From assembly GCA_963663965.2 (NCBI GenBank), contig CAXXFK010000031.1, positions 64,001 through 128,000 of the forward strand: a stretch of 64,000 bases of DNA, read 5' to 3'. A model generated the notes under the pieces. It made no database searches and was not told where the DNA came from. It worked only from the letters and a program-made list of their open reading frames with translations. The position numbers were made by a program, and so were the translations under genes. Below, piece by piece: positions 1-9,512 of the stretch. The DNA is from Sedimentisphaerales bacterium. GTDB taxonomy: Bacteria > Planctomycetota > Phycisphaerae > Sedimentisphaerales > SM23-30. The first letter of the stretch is position 1. Every line of letters starts with the position of its first letter.

Positions 1-371
1 TCCTGATCGGTCAATTGAAAAAGGCCATGCCGGGTGAGAGAATGCGGGCGGATACTTTTGGGTATCTGCAGCGAAGTTTTGCCGGTCTGGTCAGTCCTAC
101 CGATGCCGATGAAGCGCGTGGATGTGGACGCCTGGCGGTACGCTACGCCTGTACGACGGCTGAAATGAGTGGCAGTGTCGCCTTTAAACGTGTCAGTAAT
201 AATCCCTATGAACTGGATTATTTCCGTCAGGACCTGGAAAATGTGGCTGCCAAGACGCGCCATTTGCCGGCTGAATATATCAATAGTGAAGGCAACAATA
301 TCAACGAGAGTTATCGCGAATATATGGCGCCTCTGGTTGGTGAACTGCCCCAGATGGGATATCTGTATTAA
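1..371 (+). CDS. pfkA: C-terminal part of pyrophosphate-dependent 6-phosphofructokinase (5' end outside window)
   Basis: The motif RADTFGYLQRSF...D..EA...G..AV and the C-terminal VA.KTRHLP.EYI...GN...Y..PL.GE are typical of PfkA-family enzymes. Confidence 0.8.
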   Translation, partial: LIGQLKKAMPGERMRADTFGYLQRSFAGLVSPTDADEARGCGRLAVRYACTTAEMSGSVAFKRVSNNPYELDYFRQDLENVAAKTRHLPAEYINSEGNNINESYREYMAPLVGELPQMGYLY

Positions 372-430
372 AACAACCCCATCGGGCAGGGTTTATAAAT
401 CCAGAAGATGATTACAAAAGGCGAAATTTT

Positions 431-1858
431 TCAATTTCGCCTTTTGTTTGCGCAGTCGGCAGATGACAACTCGTTGAATTTCAAATTCATTGAATTGGAA
501 TTGCGGACTTCAAATACAATATCCATTTCATAACCATCGTTATCTTGAGATTCATCACCTCCATCCGACTTGCCATTGCTTGAGACGCTGTATAGTTTAT
601 AACCCGTCTTTGTCAAATCATATCGAATGAACTGATTGTCTGGCGTGAAATAATCAACTGGAATTTCCGATATAAATTCGGGCTTAAGGGTAGTCAACAT
701 CATAGGATACGCATGATATTTGTTATGATACAATTCTATGGCTAATGCCGTATCACACAGATCATTGAGTGTTAATGTCTTCAAATCATGATTAAACATT
801 TGCTTAATATAATAAGTGCCGAATAGATCAAAATGGGAGATAACATCCTCGAACAAGTCTCGGGATTCAGAGTATTTAATATTCAGCATTTGAATATTTT
901 GCCTTCTCTGAAGCCATGGCTGCCGAACCGCTTCTAGATAATCCAGGGCCATATATCCCGTATTTAAGTAATATTTTTGTGGTCCACCCAAAGCCCGATA
1001 AAGAGTTAATGTCCAAGATGAGGTTTTTTTCGGATTGGTCAGGTAAAATGCCATTTCTGGCATTTCAGTATTCATATAATGATAATACGTTATTTCTGAC
1101 TTCAACGATCTATACAAACTGTCACTATCATATACCTGATCCAAAAGTTCCTTGATTTCTTGTAATAAATCTGAATCCAGCCGATTTTCGCTCAAGACAA
1201 TTTTGATCGCATTGATACCATACCGGGCAGCACCATTACCCATGATATGACTCAATAAAAAAGGCTGGTTCTTCGCATGTCTGCTTAATGCAAAAATCGC
1301 CTTGATACCTGCCTTCATCTCATCTTGATTACCCAGACGAGCCGACCAGACAATACTATGAGGAAGCATTTTAAATAGCACACGAATTGCCCCTAGAGAA
1401 TTTTCATTATTGGGACATCTCTTATTGTCATATTCAATCGGTAAATAGCAATATTCATATTGAGATGCCTGCTTCAAATGTTGAATTATTTCCTGGAATT
1501 CAGCCAAATAACTCAGGTGTTGCCACTTTAATGATTCATCATCTGCGGGCGCAATGTCTTCCCATGGCAATTCGTTGGCTACGCCATTTTCATCATCATA
1601 TATGGTATCGAGAAAATCAAATATCTGCTGATAAACATCTGCCGCGTTCTTTTCGCTGCAATGGTATTGATTTTCCAGCTCTTCGATGGTCAGCGCAATT
1701 CCGGCACGATGCATTTCATTATTTAAATTTTCAACACGAGAATTCAAAGATGAAATATTGAGCCACCAGGCAATTAAAAATACCGTAAGAGTGCCTATTG
1801 CTATCAAACAGTCAAAGAACCATTTTTTTCTCTTAAATAGATTCAATATCACTGCCAA
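431..1858 (-). CDS. Membrane-anchored hypothetical protein with C-terminal GspG/pseudopilin-like motif
   Basis: 475-aa ORF with an N-terminal TM helix. The C-terminus reads ALAIELYH...YP..L..L.PEFI.EIPVDYF...Y.LYSV..NG.SDGG. Confidence 0.6.
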   Translation of the reverse strand: MAVILNLFKRKKWFFDCLIAIGTLTVFLIAWWLNISSLNSRVENLNNEMHRAGIALTIEELENQYHCSEKNAADVYQQIFDFLDTIYDDENGVANELPWEDIAPADDESLKWQHLSYLAEFQEIIQHLKQASQYEYCYLPIEYDNKRCPNNENSLGAIRVLFKMLPHSIVWSARLGNQDEMKAGIKAIFALSRHAKNQPFLLSHIMGNGAARYGINAIKIVLSENRLDSDLLQEIKELLDQVYDSDSLYRSLKSEITYYHYMNTEMPEMAFYLTNPKKTSSWTLTLYRALGGPQKYYLNTGYMALDYLEAVRQPWLQRRQNIQMLNIKYSESRDLFEDVISHFDLFGTYYIKQMFNHDLKTLTLNDLCDTALAIELYHNKYHAYPMMLTTLKPEFISEIPVDYFTPDNQFIRYDLTKTGYKLYSVSSNGKSDGGDESQDNDGYEMDIVFEVRNSNSMNLKFNELSSADCANKRRN

Positions 1859-1921
1859 TAAATAGTATTGTTGAAAACAGAATTATATTATTTATATAGA
1901 CCGGTCTTAATACGATTTATT

Positions 1922-1952
1922 TCAAAAACAACTGCGCAAACGGTTGTATTGA
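1922..1952 (-). terminator. Hairpin downstream of tRNA-Ser
   Basis: Imperfect inverted repeat TCAAAAACAACTG-cgcaaa-CGGTTGTATTGA about 30 nt past the tRNA 3' end. Confidence 0.45.
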
Positions 1953-1979
1953 GATTGAAAAAGGCAAGAATTGATAAAA

Positions 1980-2067
<88 letters not shown>

Positions 2068-2181
2068 AAGAGGTAGATCCAGATATTAACATAAATATCT
2101 AAAAAAGCAAGGGTTAAAATGAAGACAGCCCAAAGGCCGACATGAACAGAAAGCTAACATAAGTATTTTAATTACAATATA

Positions 2182-2958
2182 TTACGATTTGTTTAGCCAT
2201 AAAGGTTTAAAACAAAGAAAAATTGATGATATCAAGGCCAGAATCATTACCAGTACATTAAATTTTTTCTGATCAATCTTGTTAACCAACCATATCCCGC
2301 AGGCACTTCCGCATAAAATGGCTGGCATTAAGGTCAGATTGGTCAAGAAGGATGGCAGGGTGACCAGATTTAATTTCATGCTGAAAGGTATTTTGGTCAG
2401 GTTCAGCAAAAAGAAGAACATGGCTGAGGTGCCGATGAAGCGTTTTTTGTCAAATTTCGTAGCCAGTAAATAAATAGTCATGATGGCTCCGGCGGCATTG
2501 GCTAACATACTGGTTGCGCCTGCCAGTATTCCCATGGTGCCCGCAAAGGCGGGATTTGATGGCAAATGAATATCCTGAGCCTGAGAGTGATGATTCAGCC
2601 ATCTTGATATGAACAGGAGAATAATGGTTAAAATTCCTATGACCGGCATGAGTTGGCTACTGGAAATGACCTTCAGTATAAAAAAACCAGAGATGACACC
2701 TGTCAGAGTCCATGGGATAAATAATCTGGTAATTTGCGTATAATCAACATGATTTCGCCACCAGATAATCGCCATAATATCAGCCAGACTTAGAATAGGC
2801 AGAAGAAAGCCCGTTGATTCTCTGCTATCCATAACACTTGCCAGTAAGGGAACCACCAGAAAACCGGCGCCTGAGATTCCCATTTTTGCGAATCCGATCA
2901 TGAAAGCACATAATCCGGCAACACACCATTGAATTAACGAAAAATCTAATAGTTCCAT
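2182..2958 (-). CDS. TauE/SafE family sulfite exporter-like membrane protein
   Basis: 258 aa, multiple TM helices, IGFAKMGISGAG and GATSMLANAAG repeats. Confidence 0.85.
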   Translation of the reverse strand: MELLDFSLIQWCVAGLCAFMIGFAKMGISGAGFLVVPLLASVMDSRESTGFLLPILSLADIMAIIWWRNHVDYTQITRLFIPWTLTGVISGFFILKVISSSQLMPVIGILTIILLFISRWLNHHSQAQDIHLPSNPAFAGTMGILAGATSMLANAAGAIMTIYLLATKFDKKRFIGTSAMFFFLLNLTKIPFSMKLNLVTLPSFLTNLTLMPAILCGSACGIWLVNKIDQKKFNVLVMILALISSIFLCFKPLWLNKS

Positions 2959-2963
2959 AAATA

Positions 2964-5297
2964 CTACATTAAATAAATAGGGTCTACATCCACTACAGCT
3001 TGAATTTTGTTTTCAGACAGAATCCTGGATCGATTGGCTCCCAGGATACGCTGAATATCCACGGCAGAGGGACTTTTCAGTAAAATTTCATATCGATGAT
3101 AAGTTTCCAGGCGAGCTATGGCGGCGGGAACCGGCCCCCGGATTTCAATTTGCAGTCCCATTTTTTCTTTGGTCTGGTCAAGAATCAGACGAAGATCCTG
3201 AGAATAGTTTTGTAAAGGTTCTAATTTATGGTGACGCATGATAATCCGTGCCATGCGATGGCAGGGGGGCATCTGACAGCGATAACGGGCTTTCAACTCC
3301 ATTTCAGCGAAACGCAGATAATCATGGCGACAGGCCATGGCAATTGAAGGTTCGTCAGGCAAGAAACTCTGAACAACGACAATGCCATTATCAATCGATC
3401 TGCCACAACGACCTGCCACCTGGACTATTAATTGAAAGGTTCTTTCCGCACTACGAAAATCAGGTAGCGACAACGCCATATCAGCCGACAAAACACCGAC
3501 AAGCGCCACATTGGGAAAATCCAATCCTTTACCAATCATTTGGGTGCCCAGCAAAACATCAATTTTCCCTTCTCCAAAGTTTTTCAGTAAGTTTGCGTAG
3601 TCAGCGGGATTGACTGAATCACTGTCAACACGTTGTACACGTATGTTGGGGAATTTTTCGTTCAGTTCATCCTCGGCTTTTTGTGTTCCGGGGCCAATCA
3701 GTATCAATTTGCCTTTGCACAAGGGACAGATGCCGGGCACACGACAACTGTGCAGACAATAATGACAGACCATCATGCGATGCACACTTTGTTCGAATTC
3801 ATCCATCTGCCGATGATAGGTTAAACTGACATCGCAGTTGGGACAGGTATGAATATACTGGCAGGATGGACAATAGATGAAATTGCTATGGCCCCGACGA
3901 TTTAAAAACAGTATGGCTTGATTTCCATGAGCAATACATTGCTGCAATTGTTCTTCAAGCAGACGGCTGAAAAGGTGATTTCCCTTTCGTTCCTTGATTT
4001 CTTCACGCATATTTACCCTGAGCACTTTAGGCATGGGCAGTTCCTTGACCCGGTTGGGTAAATGCACGACATTGAAATTTGAGCGGTTCCGACTGTTAAA
4101 TAATGATTCGAGACTGGGAGTGGCTGACCCCAATATGATTGGAATATTGTGGATTTGAGCTCGTTTTATGGCCACATCACGACCATGATATCGAGGGGAT
4201 TTGTCCTGTTTGTAACTGGGCTCATGTTCTTCGTCGACCACTATCAGTCCGGGACGACATAAAGGCGCAAATATGGCGGAACGAGCGCCAACGACAACAT
4301 TGACCGTTCCATCAGCAATCCAACGCCATTGCTGATGCCTTAATGAATTAGACATTCCGGAATGCAAAACCGCCACGCGTCCAAAACGCCGTAAAAACCT
4401 GCTCTCCGTTTGTGGGGTTAATGCAATTTCCGGCACCAAAACAATCGCTTGTTTACCTTGTTTAATCACATGTTCAATGCAACTCAAATAAACTTCAGTT
4501 TTTCCGCTTCCGGTTACGCCATAGAGCAAGGTAGTAGAAAAATTGCCTTGATCGATCAGATGATTGATTGACTGGATGGCATTTTGCTGGTCAGGATTTA
4601 AAACGAAATTGTCAGAACGCTGGAACTCTGGCTCAATGGCATGCAATAAGGGTAATTCATTGGTTTGATAGATCTCAATATATCCAGACTTCGCGAGTGT
4701 CAGAAAAGGAGACCGGGTAGCCCCAACTGCAGCAGCAACATCGTCAAGAGCTATTGAGTCTGTTAACTTATTGATATGCTTGTGGATATATTCCAAAATG
4801 GTTCTACCTTTTGCGCTTAGTCGACATGCTTCAGATGAGATAATAGTGAAAGATTGTCCCAAATCGGACAGCTTAAGATAAGTTCTTTTGACAGTACCGA
4901 TATTTTTCTTAACAGCAGAAGGAACCATAGCCGCTAACGTTGAACCCAGCGGGCAGCAATAGTATCGGGATATCCATTGCGCCAGTTCGATCATATTACT
5001 GTCTAGAAGCGGAAGGGTATCAATAATCTCCGTAATATGCTTGATTTTGGAACTTTCAGATTGATCCGGAAATCCAACACAAAATCCAGTGTGGATTTTA
5101 TTGCTCCGTCCAAGTGGGGCTTTGACTCTCTGGCCGATCAAACATTGTGACTGGAGATGGCTAGGAATAGCATAATCATATAACTGATCACCGGCATTTT
5201 CAAAGGCAACGCGCACCAGAAACATCGCTTTTGAATCAGCAAATAAATCCTGGGAATCAGTCTGATCAAACAAATTCTTGAATAGTTCTTGTGACAT
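2964..5297 (-). CDS. priA: Primosomal protein N' (replication restart helicase)
   Basis: [30 protein letters not shown], Cys-rich Zn motifs and GLDFPNV. The ORF is open to 5354; ATG 5297 is the more likely start. Confidence 0.97.
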   Translation of the reverse strand: MSQELFKNLFDQTDSQDLFADSKAMFLVRVAFENAGDQLYDYAIPSHLQSQCLIGQRVKAPLGRSNKIHTGFCVGFPDQSESSKIKHITEIIDTLPLLDSNMIELAQWISRYYCCPLGSTLAAMVPSAVKKNIGTVKRTYLKLSDLGQSFTIISSEACRLSAKGRTILEYIHKHINKLTDSIALDDVAAAVGATRSPFLTLAKSGYIEIYQTNELPLLHAIEPEFQRSDNFVLNPDQQNAIQSINHLIDQGNFSTTLLYGVTGSGKTEVYLSCIEHVIKQGKQAIVLVPEIALTPQTESRFLRRFGRVAVLHSGMSNSLRHQQWRWIADGTVNVVVGARSAIFAPLCRPGLIVVDEEHEPSYKQDKSPRYHGRDVAIKRAQIHNIPIILGSATPSLESLFNSRNRSNFNVVHLPNRVKELPMPKVLRVNMREEIKERKGNHLFSRLLEEQLQQCIAHGNQAILFLNRRGHSNFIYCPSCQYIHTCPNCDVSLTYHRQMDEFEQSVHRMMVCHYCLHSCRVPGICPLCKGKLILIGPGTQKAEDELNEKFPNIRVQRVDSDSVNPADYANLLKNFGEGKIDVLLGTQMIGKGLDFPNVALVGVLSADMALSLPDFRSAERTFQLIVQVAGRCGRSIDNGIVVVQSFLPDEPSIAMACRHDYLRFAEMELKARYRCQMPPCHRMARIIMRHHKLEPLQNYSQDLRLILDQTKEKMGLQIEIRGPVPAAIARLETYHRYEILLKSPSAVDIQRILGANRSRILSENKIQAVVDVDPIYLM

Positions 5298-5519
5298 GCG
5301 GTGAAGGATACTTTCATAAAACCTTATTTTATAATAATTAACAGAGTATTGCAACAGAATATTCCTGTCTTTGAATTTAAAACCTGATATGATGGCCAGA
5401 CAGTTACTTGAGTAGATGTGGAAATAGGCTTTACTACTGAGAAATTTCTGTTATTTTTATAAATTGTAAATTAATGACGATAGTTTATAAAAGTAAATAA
5501 ATATCAGTATGGAGCACGA

Positions 5520-6464
5520 ATGTTTGACGAACCCAAACCATCTCAGTCCAATTTAGCAATCAAGATTAAACTGGCTGTTCTTGCCCTTATGTCACTCGGG
5601 ATATTTTATTACGCGTGGCAATGGGTACGACCAGCCAATCCGGCCCTGCCAGTTTCTATTGCAGGACATGTCAATATCGGGATGGCAGTAATAATCGCAA
5701 CAATTATTGGTATCATTCTAACGGTTATTGGATATAAAATCACAGGAAAGCATGGCCCCTATATTGCATTTCTTGGAATCCCTTTTGGATTAGGCCTGTG
5801 GAGTATTTTAGGCGGTAATGTAGAAGCGATCTTCGTGAGAATGGACAACCTGTCCGACCAGAAAGCCATTTACCTGCAATTTATTATTGAATCTATCTTA
5901 TGGTGTATCCCAGTATTAGCCGGTTTGATCGTGACCAACCTAATGATAATAAAACAAAGTAAAACAAATAACGATCTGAAGGAATCAGAAAGATTTATTG
6001 ATTTTTTGTCAGGAATAAAAAATTGGCAGAACCTTTTAAAAGCGACAAGTTTAACAGCCATTCTGTCAGTTATATTCCTTGTTATATTGTCCAAAGCCCA
6101 GTATGAAAAATTCATTCAACTTGATCACTCTGCGGTAAAGCTTTCTGTGGTAATCACTACTGGACAGGCGATATTCTCTATCGTTACATCCTTTTGTCTG
6201 GCCACCCTGATCGTGCATCAATTTTTTAGATTGGGGATAATTAATTTCTTTCCATCAATAATTTTAACATCTTTTATAATATACACTTATGGCAAATTTA
6301 TTCAGGGGGGAGATTCGGATAATATCCCGGCGGTTTTTGTGACACCCCATGGTGTTGTTTCCACGATTTTGCCCATTATCCTGGTTGCATTTGGGGTACC
6401 GGCTATTACGTGGGGTTACAGTCAGAGTTGTCAGATGTATAAGAGCCGAGAAAAAATTGTATAA
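5520..6464 (+). CDS. Hypothetical integral membrane protein
   Basis: 314 aa with about 8 hydrophobic segments and a GGAG RBS upstream. Confidence 0.7.
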   Translation: MFDEPKPSQSNLAIKIKLAVLALMSLGIFYYAWQWVRPANPALPVSIAGHVNIGMAVIIATIIGIILTVIGYKITGKHGPYIAFLGIPFGLGLWSILGGNVEAIFVRMDNLSDQKAIYLQFIIESILWCIPVLAGLIVTNLMIIKQSKTNNDLKESERFIDFLSGIKNWQNLLKATSLTAILSVIFLVILSKAQYEKFIQLDHSAVKLSVVITTGQAIFSIVTSFCLATLIVHQFFRLGIINFFPSIILTSFIIYTYGKFIQGGDSDNIPAVFVTPHGVVSTILPIILVAFGVPAITWGYSQSCQMYKSREKIV

Positions 6465-6632
6465 AAAAATGACAAATAATGGAAATATCGTGAATTGAGT
6501 GTTATAAATAGGTAAAGGAGCTGGGAATAAAAGAATTAATGAACTCAGTTGGGCGCAGAGCATCTTACGGCAGATCTTTTGATCTGAACCATGGATAGAT
6601 GCAAACCGTACAATCTGATCTTATGTGTGAGG

Positions 6633-6668
6633 CTTGCCGGCATGATAAGAAATTGCCGGCAAGTTTTT
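6633..6668. terminator. Rho-independent terminator between convergent genes
   Basis: Perfect 10-bp stem CTTGCCGGCA-N11-TGCCGGCAAG followed by TTTTT on +, directly at the ackA stop. Confidence 0.7.
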
Positions 6669-7878
6669 ATTCGGGCTGGTCGCATTTAGCAGCTGAAATT
6701 ACTTTATATGTTTCCTGGGCAATGACTAACTCTTCATTTGTCGGGATACGGTAAACTTTGACGGTTGAATTGTCAGTAGTTAATTCAATATCATTTTTCA
6801 TATTTCGATGTTCATCCAACTTGGCGCCCAGATAAGATAGATTTCTGATAATGTCAGCTCGCAGACCTTTATCGTTCTCACCGACTCCGGCAGTTAAGAC
6901 AATGGCATCAACTCCATTTAAAGCGGCAGCATAAGCCCCGATATATTTGATGATCCGATACGCAAACGCTTCTAAAGCGACTTTGGCCCATTGATCGCCT
7001 TTGTTCGCCAATGCATGAACATCGCGCAGATCAGAATGTCCGGACAATCCCAGCATGCCGCTCTTCTTATTTAACAGGACATTGATGTCTTCAGTGGACA
7101 TATTTAAATTGTCCATCAGGTATAGGATGGCAGCAGGATCAATATCTCCACTTCGGGTGCCCATTATGATGCCTTCCAAAGGGGTCATCCCCATGGAGGT
7201 ATCTATTACTTTGCCGTTTTGAAATGCCGTAATCGAACCTCCATTTCCTATATGACAGGTAATAATGCGGCATTGATCAAAGGGTTTCCCCAGTCTTTCG
7301 GCTGCCTTTTTCGCCACATAACCGTGACTGGTGCCATGAAAACCATATTTGCGAACGCCATATTGTTTGTAGTACATAAGGGGGATCGCATAGAGATAGG
7401 CTTTGGGCGGCATGGTCTGATGGATTGCGGTATCGAACACCGCCACATTGGGAATATCGCCCAGAGTTGCCTGGCAGGCTTCGATACCGATGACGTTTGG
7501 GGGATTATGAAGGGGGGCCAAATCGAAACGATCTTTAATCGCTTTGATTACTTCAGCCGTAATCAGTGTTGAATCCGTAAAGGCTTCTCCACCATGAACA
7601 ACCCGGTGGCCGACACCTTCAATTTCACTTAAATTCCGGATTACGCCATATTCCTCATGCAGTAATGCATTTTCGATCGCCTTCATGGCCACCGCATGAT
7701 CGGGAATATCAATTTTCTCGGTGATTTCGCTTCCTTTGGCCTCATGGATGATCGATGAATCTTTCAAGCCGATTTTTTGAACAAGCCCTTTGGCAATCTG
7801 GTTAAATCCGGAACTATCAATATCAAACATCTGATATTTTATACTGCTTGATCCACAATTGATTACTAAGACTTTCAT
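6667..7878 (-). CDS. ackA: Acetate kinase
   Basis: INCGSSSIKY, GHRVVHGG, APLHN, GFHGTSH, GTRSGDID and PTNEELVIA. Confidence 0.98.
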   Translation of the reverse strand: MKVLVINCGSSSIKYQMFDIDSSGFNQIAKGLVQKIGLKDSSIIHEAKGSEITEKIDIPDHAVAMKAIENALLHEEYGVIRNLSEIEGVGHRVVHGGEAFTDSTLITAEVIKAIKDRFDLAPLHNPPNVIGIEACQATLGDIPNVAVFDTAIHQTMPPKAYLYAIPLMYYKQYGVRKYGFHGTSHGYVAKKAAERLGKPFDQCRIITCHIGNGGSITAFQNGKVIDTSMGMTPLEGIIMGTRSGDIDPAAILYLMDNLNMSTEDINVLLNKKSGMLGLSGHSDLRDVHALANKGDQWAKVALEAFAYRIIKYIGAYAAALNGVDAIVLTAGVGENDKGLRADIIRNLSYLGAKLDEHRNMKNDIELTTDNSTVKVYRIPTNEELVIAQETYKVISAAKCDQPE

Positions 7879-7921
7879 TTTCTAAGCCCTTAAATTATAG
7901 TGCTTTAAATAGATTTGGCAG

Positions 7922-8917
7922 TCAGGATCCCTGAATAGCGGTAATCGCAATAGTCGCAACGATATCTTCAGCGGTACAACCGCGAGACAGATCGTTAACC
8001 GGTTTGGCAACTCCTTGAAGAATGGGGCCATATGCATTGAATCCACCTAATCGCTGTGTCACTTTATAGCAGATATTGCCGGCACCTAAATCAGGAAAGA
8101 TGAATACATTTGCCTTTCCTTTTAATGGACTGTTGGGCGCTTTGGAAGCGGCTACTGACGGGACAAACGCAGCATCAAATTGCAATTCTCCATCGATTTC
8201 ATAATCCCCATCAAAATTCTCAGCCAACTTTTGTCGTGCAATTTCAGTCGCTTTGATCACTTTAGCGGCGCCATCTCCCTCAGCTGAACCGCGAGTGGAA
8301 TAACTTAACATGGCAATTTTGGGATTCAAGCCAAACTGTTTTGCCGTTCTTGCGGTTGAAAGAGCAATGTCCGCCAATTGCTCCGCATCCGGTTCAATAT
8401 TTAATCCACAATCTGAATACAGATAAGTCTCCTCTCCGCGACACATAAAAAACATACTGGATACGGTATTCAGGCCAGATGCTGCTTTTATAATTTGCAG
8501 AACTGGTCGGATCGTGTCCGATGAAGAATGAGCAGCGCCGGCAACCATGCCATGAACATCGTCGCATTTAAGCATCATAGTGCCAAAATACATTTCATCT
8601 TTACAGATTTCCGTGGCTTTTTCGCAGGTCATCCCTTTGGATTTCCGGAGTTCATAAAAAAGGCTGGCATAATCAGTTAATTTTCCAGACGTTTTGGGAT
8701 CAATAATTTCTATACCTGATTTTGGCGCCTTAATATCTACCAAACCTGATTCAATGGTGTTAACATTTCCGAGAAGTGTTATTTTGGCCAGCTTTGTTTC
8801 AGCAGCAATTTTAGCCGCCTGCTGCATACGAGGATCTTCGCCTTCGGGTAACACAATATGCTTAGGATCGCTTGAAGCCTTATCAATTATAAATGTTTTA
8901 AATTTTTCTTTACTCAT
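7922..8917 (-). CDS. pta: Phosphate acetyltransferase (short type)
   Basis: IVLPEGEDPR, DGELQFDAA and KPVNDLSRGC; adjacent to ackA. Confidence 0.97.
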   Translation of the reverse strand: MSKEKFKTFIIDKASSDPKHIVLPEGEDPRMQQAAKIAAETKLAKITLLGNVNTIESGLVDIKAPKSGIEIIDPKTSGKLTDYASLFYELRKSKGMTCEKATEICKDEMYFGTMMLKCDDVHGMVAGAAHSSSDTIRPVLQIIKAASGLNTVSSMFFMCRGEETYLYSDCGLNIEPDAEQLADIALSTARTAKQFGLNPKIAMLSYSTRGSAEGDGAAKVIKATEIARQKLAENFDGDYEIDGELQFDAAFVPSVAASKAPNSPLKGKANVFIFPDLGAGNICYKVTQRLGGFNAYGPILQGVAKPVNDLSRGCTAEDIVATIAITAIQGS

Positions 8918-9385
8918 TTTACTACCTAGTCAAAAAAAATGCCATCTGTTAAATTTTCGTAACACCAACATATTAATAAAGTTATATGATTATTTAAGCT
9001 GAAGAAGCCTATTAAGAGCGTATGAGTGTTAAGAGAGGATAAATTTCAAAGGGAATGGGGCAAACTGGGCAGACCAATAACATTCCTGAGGGATTCAATA
9101 AAAAACAACTACAACGTCTTTGACTCATAAAAGTATTAAAAAAAATAAATTACGTACAAAATAGTATGGTCATATTCAACTCAGTTCAAGACTTTTTTAG
9201 TTTAAAGCATTGAAATTTTTATTATATTAATCGGTATTTACAAAATACGGATTTATCATATTTGATTTAACTAGATATTTTTAGGTGGCAATTGAAATTA
9301 ACCGTTTCCAAGATTCAGAGGAAAGCAATTTCGTTTGAATCGACAGATTTGTCAGAAAAAGCCAGTCTGGCGGGGCATATCTGGA

Positions 9386-9413
9386 TTGACAAAGGGGGGA
9401 TTTTATGTAAAAT
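9386..9413 (+). promoter_or_regulatory. Sigma70-type promoter for the 9513 gene
   Basis: TTGACA-16 nt-TAAAAT about 100 nt upstream of the ATG. Confidence 0.55.
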
Positions 9414-9512
9414 AATAAATTGCTCATAGTTATGTCAAGTCGCTTAATTTTCCTCCTGCGGCTTTTGTTTAGTCCTGCAAAGTTATCCAGCCTTATTTAA
9501 CAGGAAATTCGA

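Noticed and set aside
9051..9095. GGGCAAAC motif resembling the start of a c-di-GMP-I riboswitch
   Set aside because: The GAAA tetraloop stem and the downstream GCAAA/second hairpin are absent.
9012..9128. 38-codon Cys-containing ORF (MSQRRCSCFLL...CPVCP) on the minus strand upstream of pta
   Set aside because: It has no RBS and no recognisable homology, and cannot be distinguished from a chance ORF.
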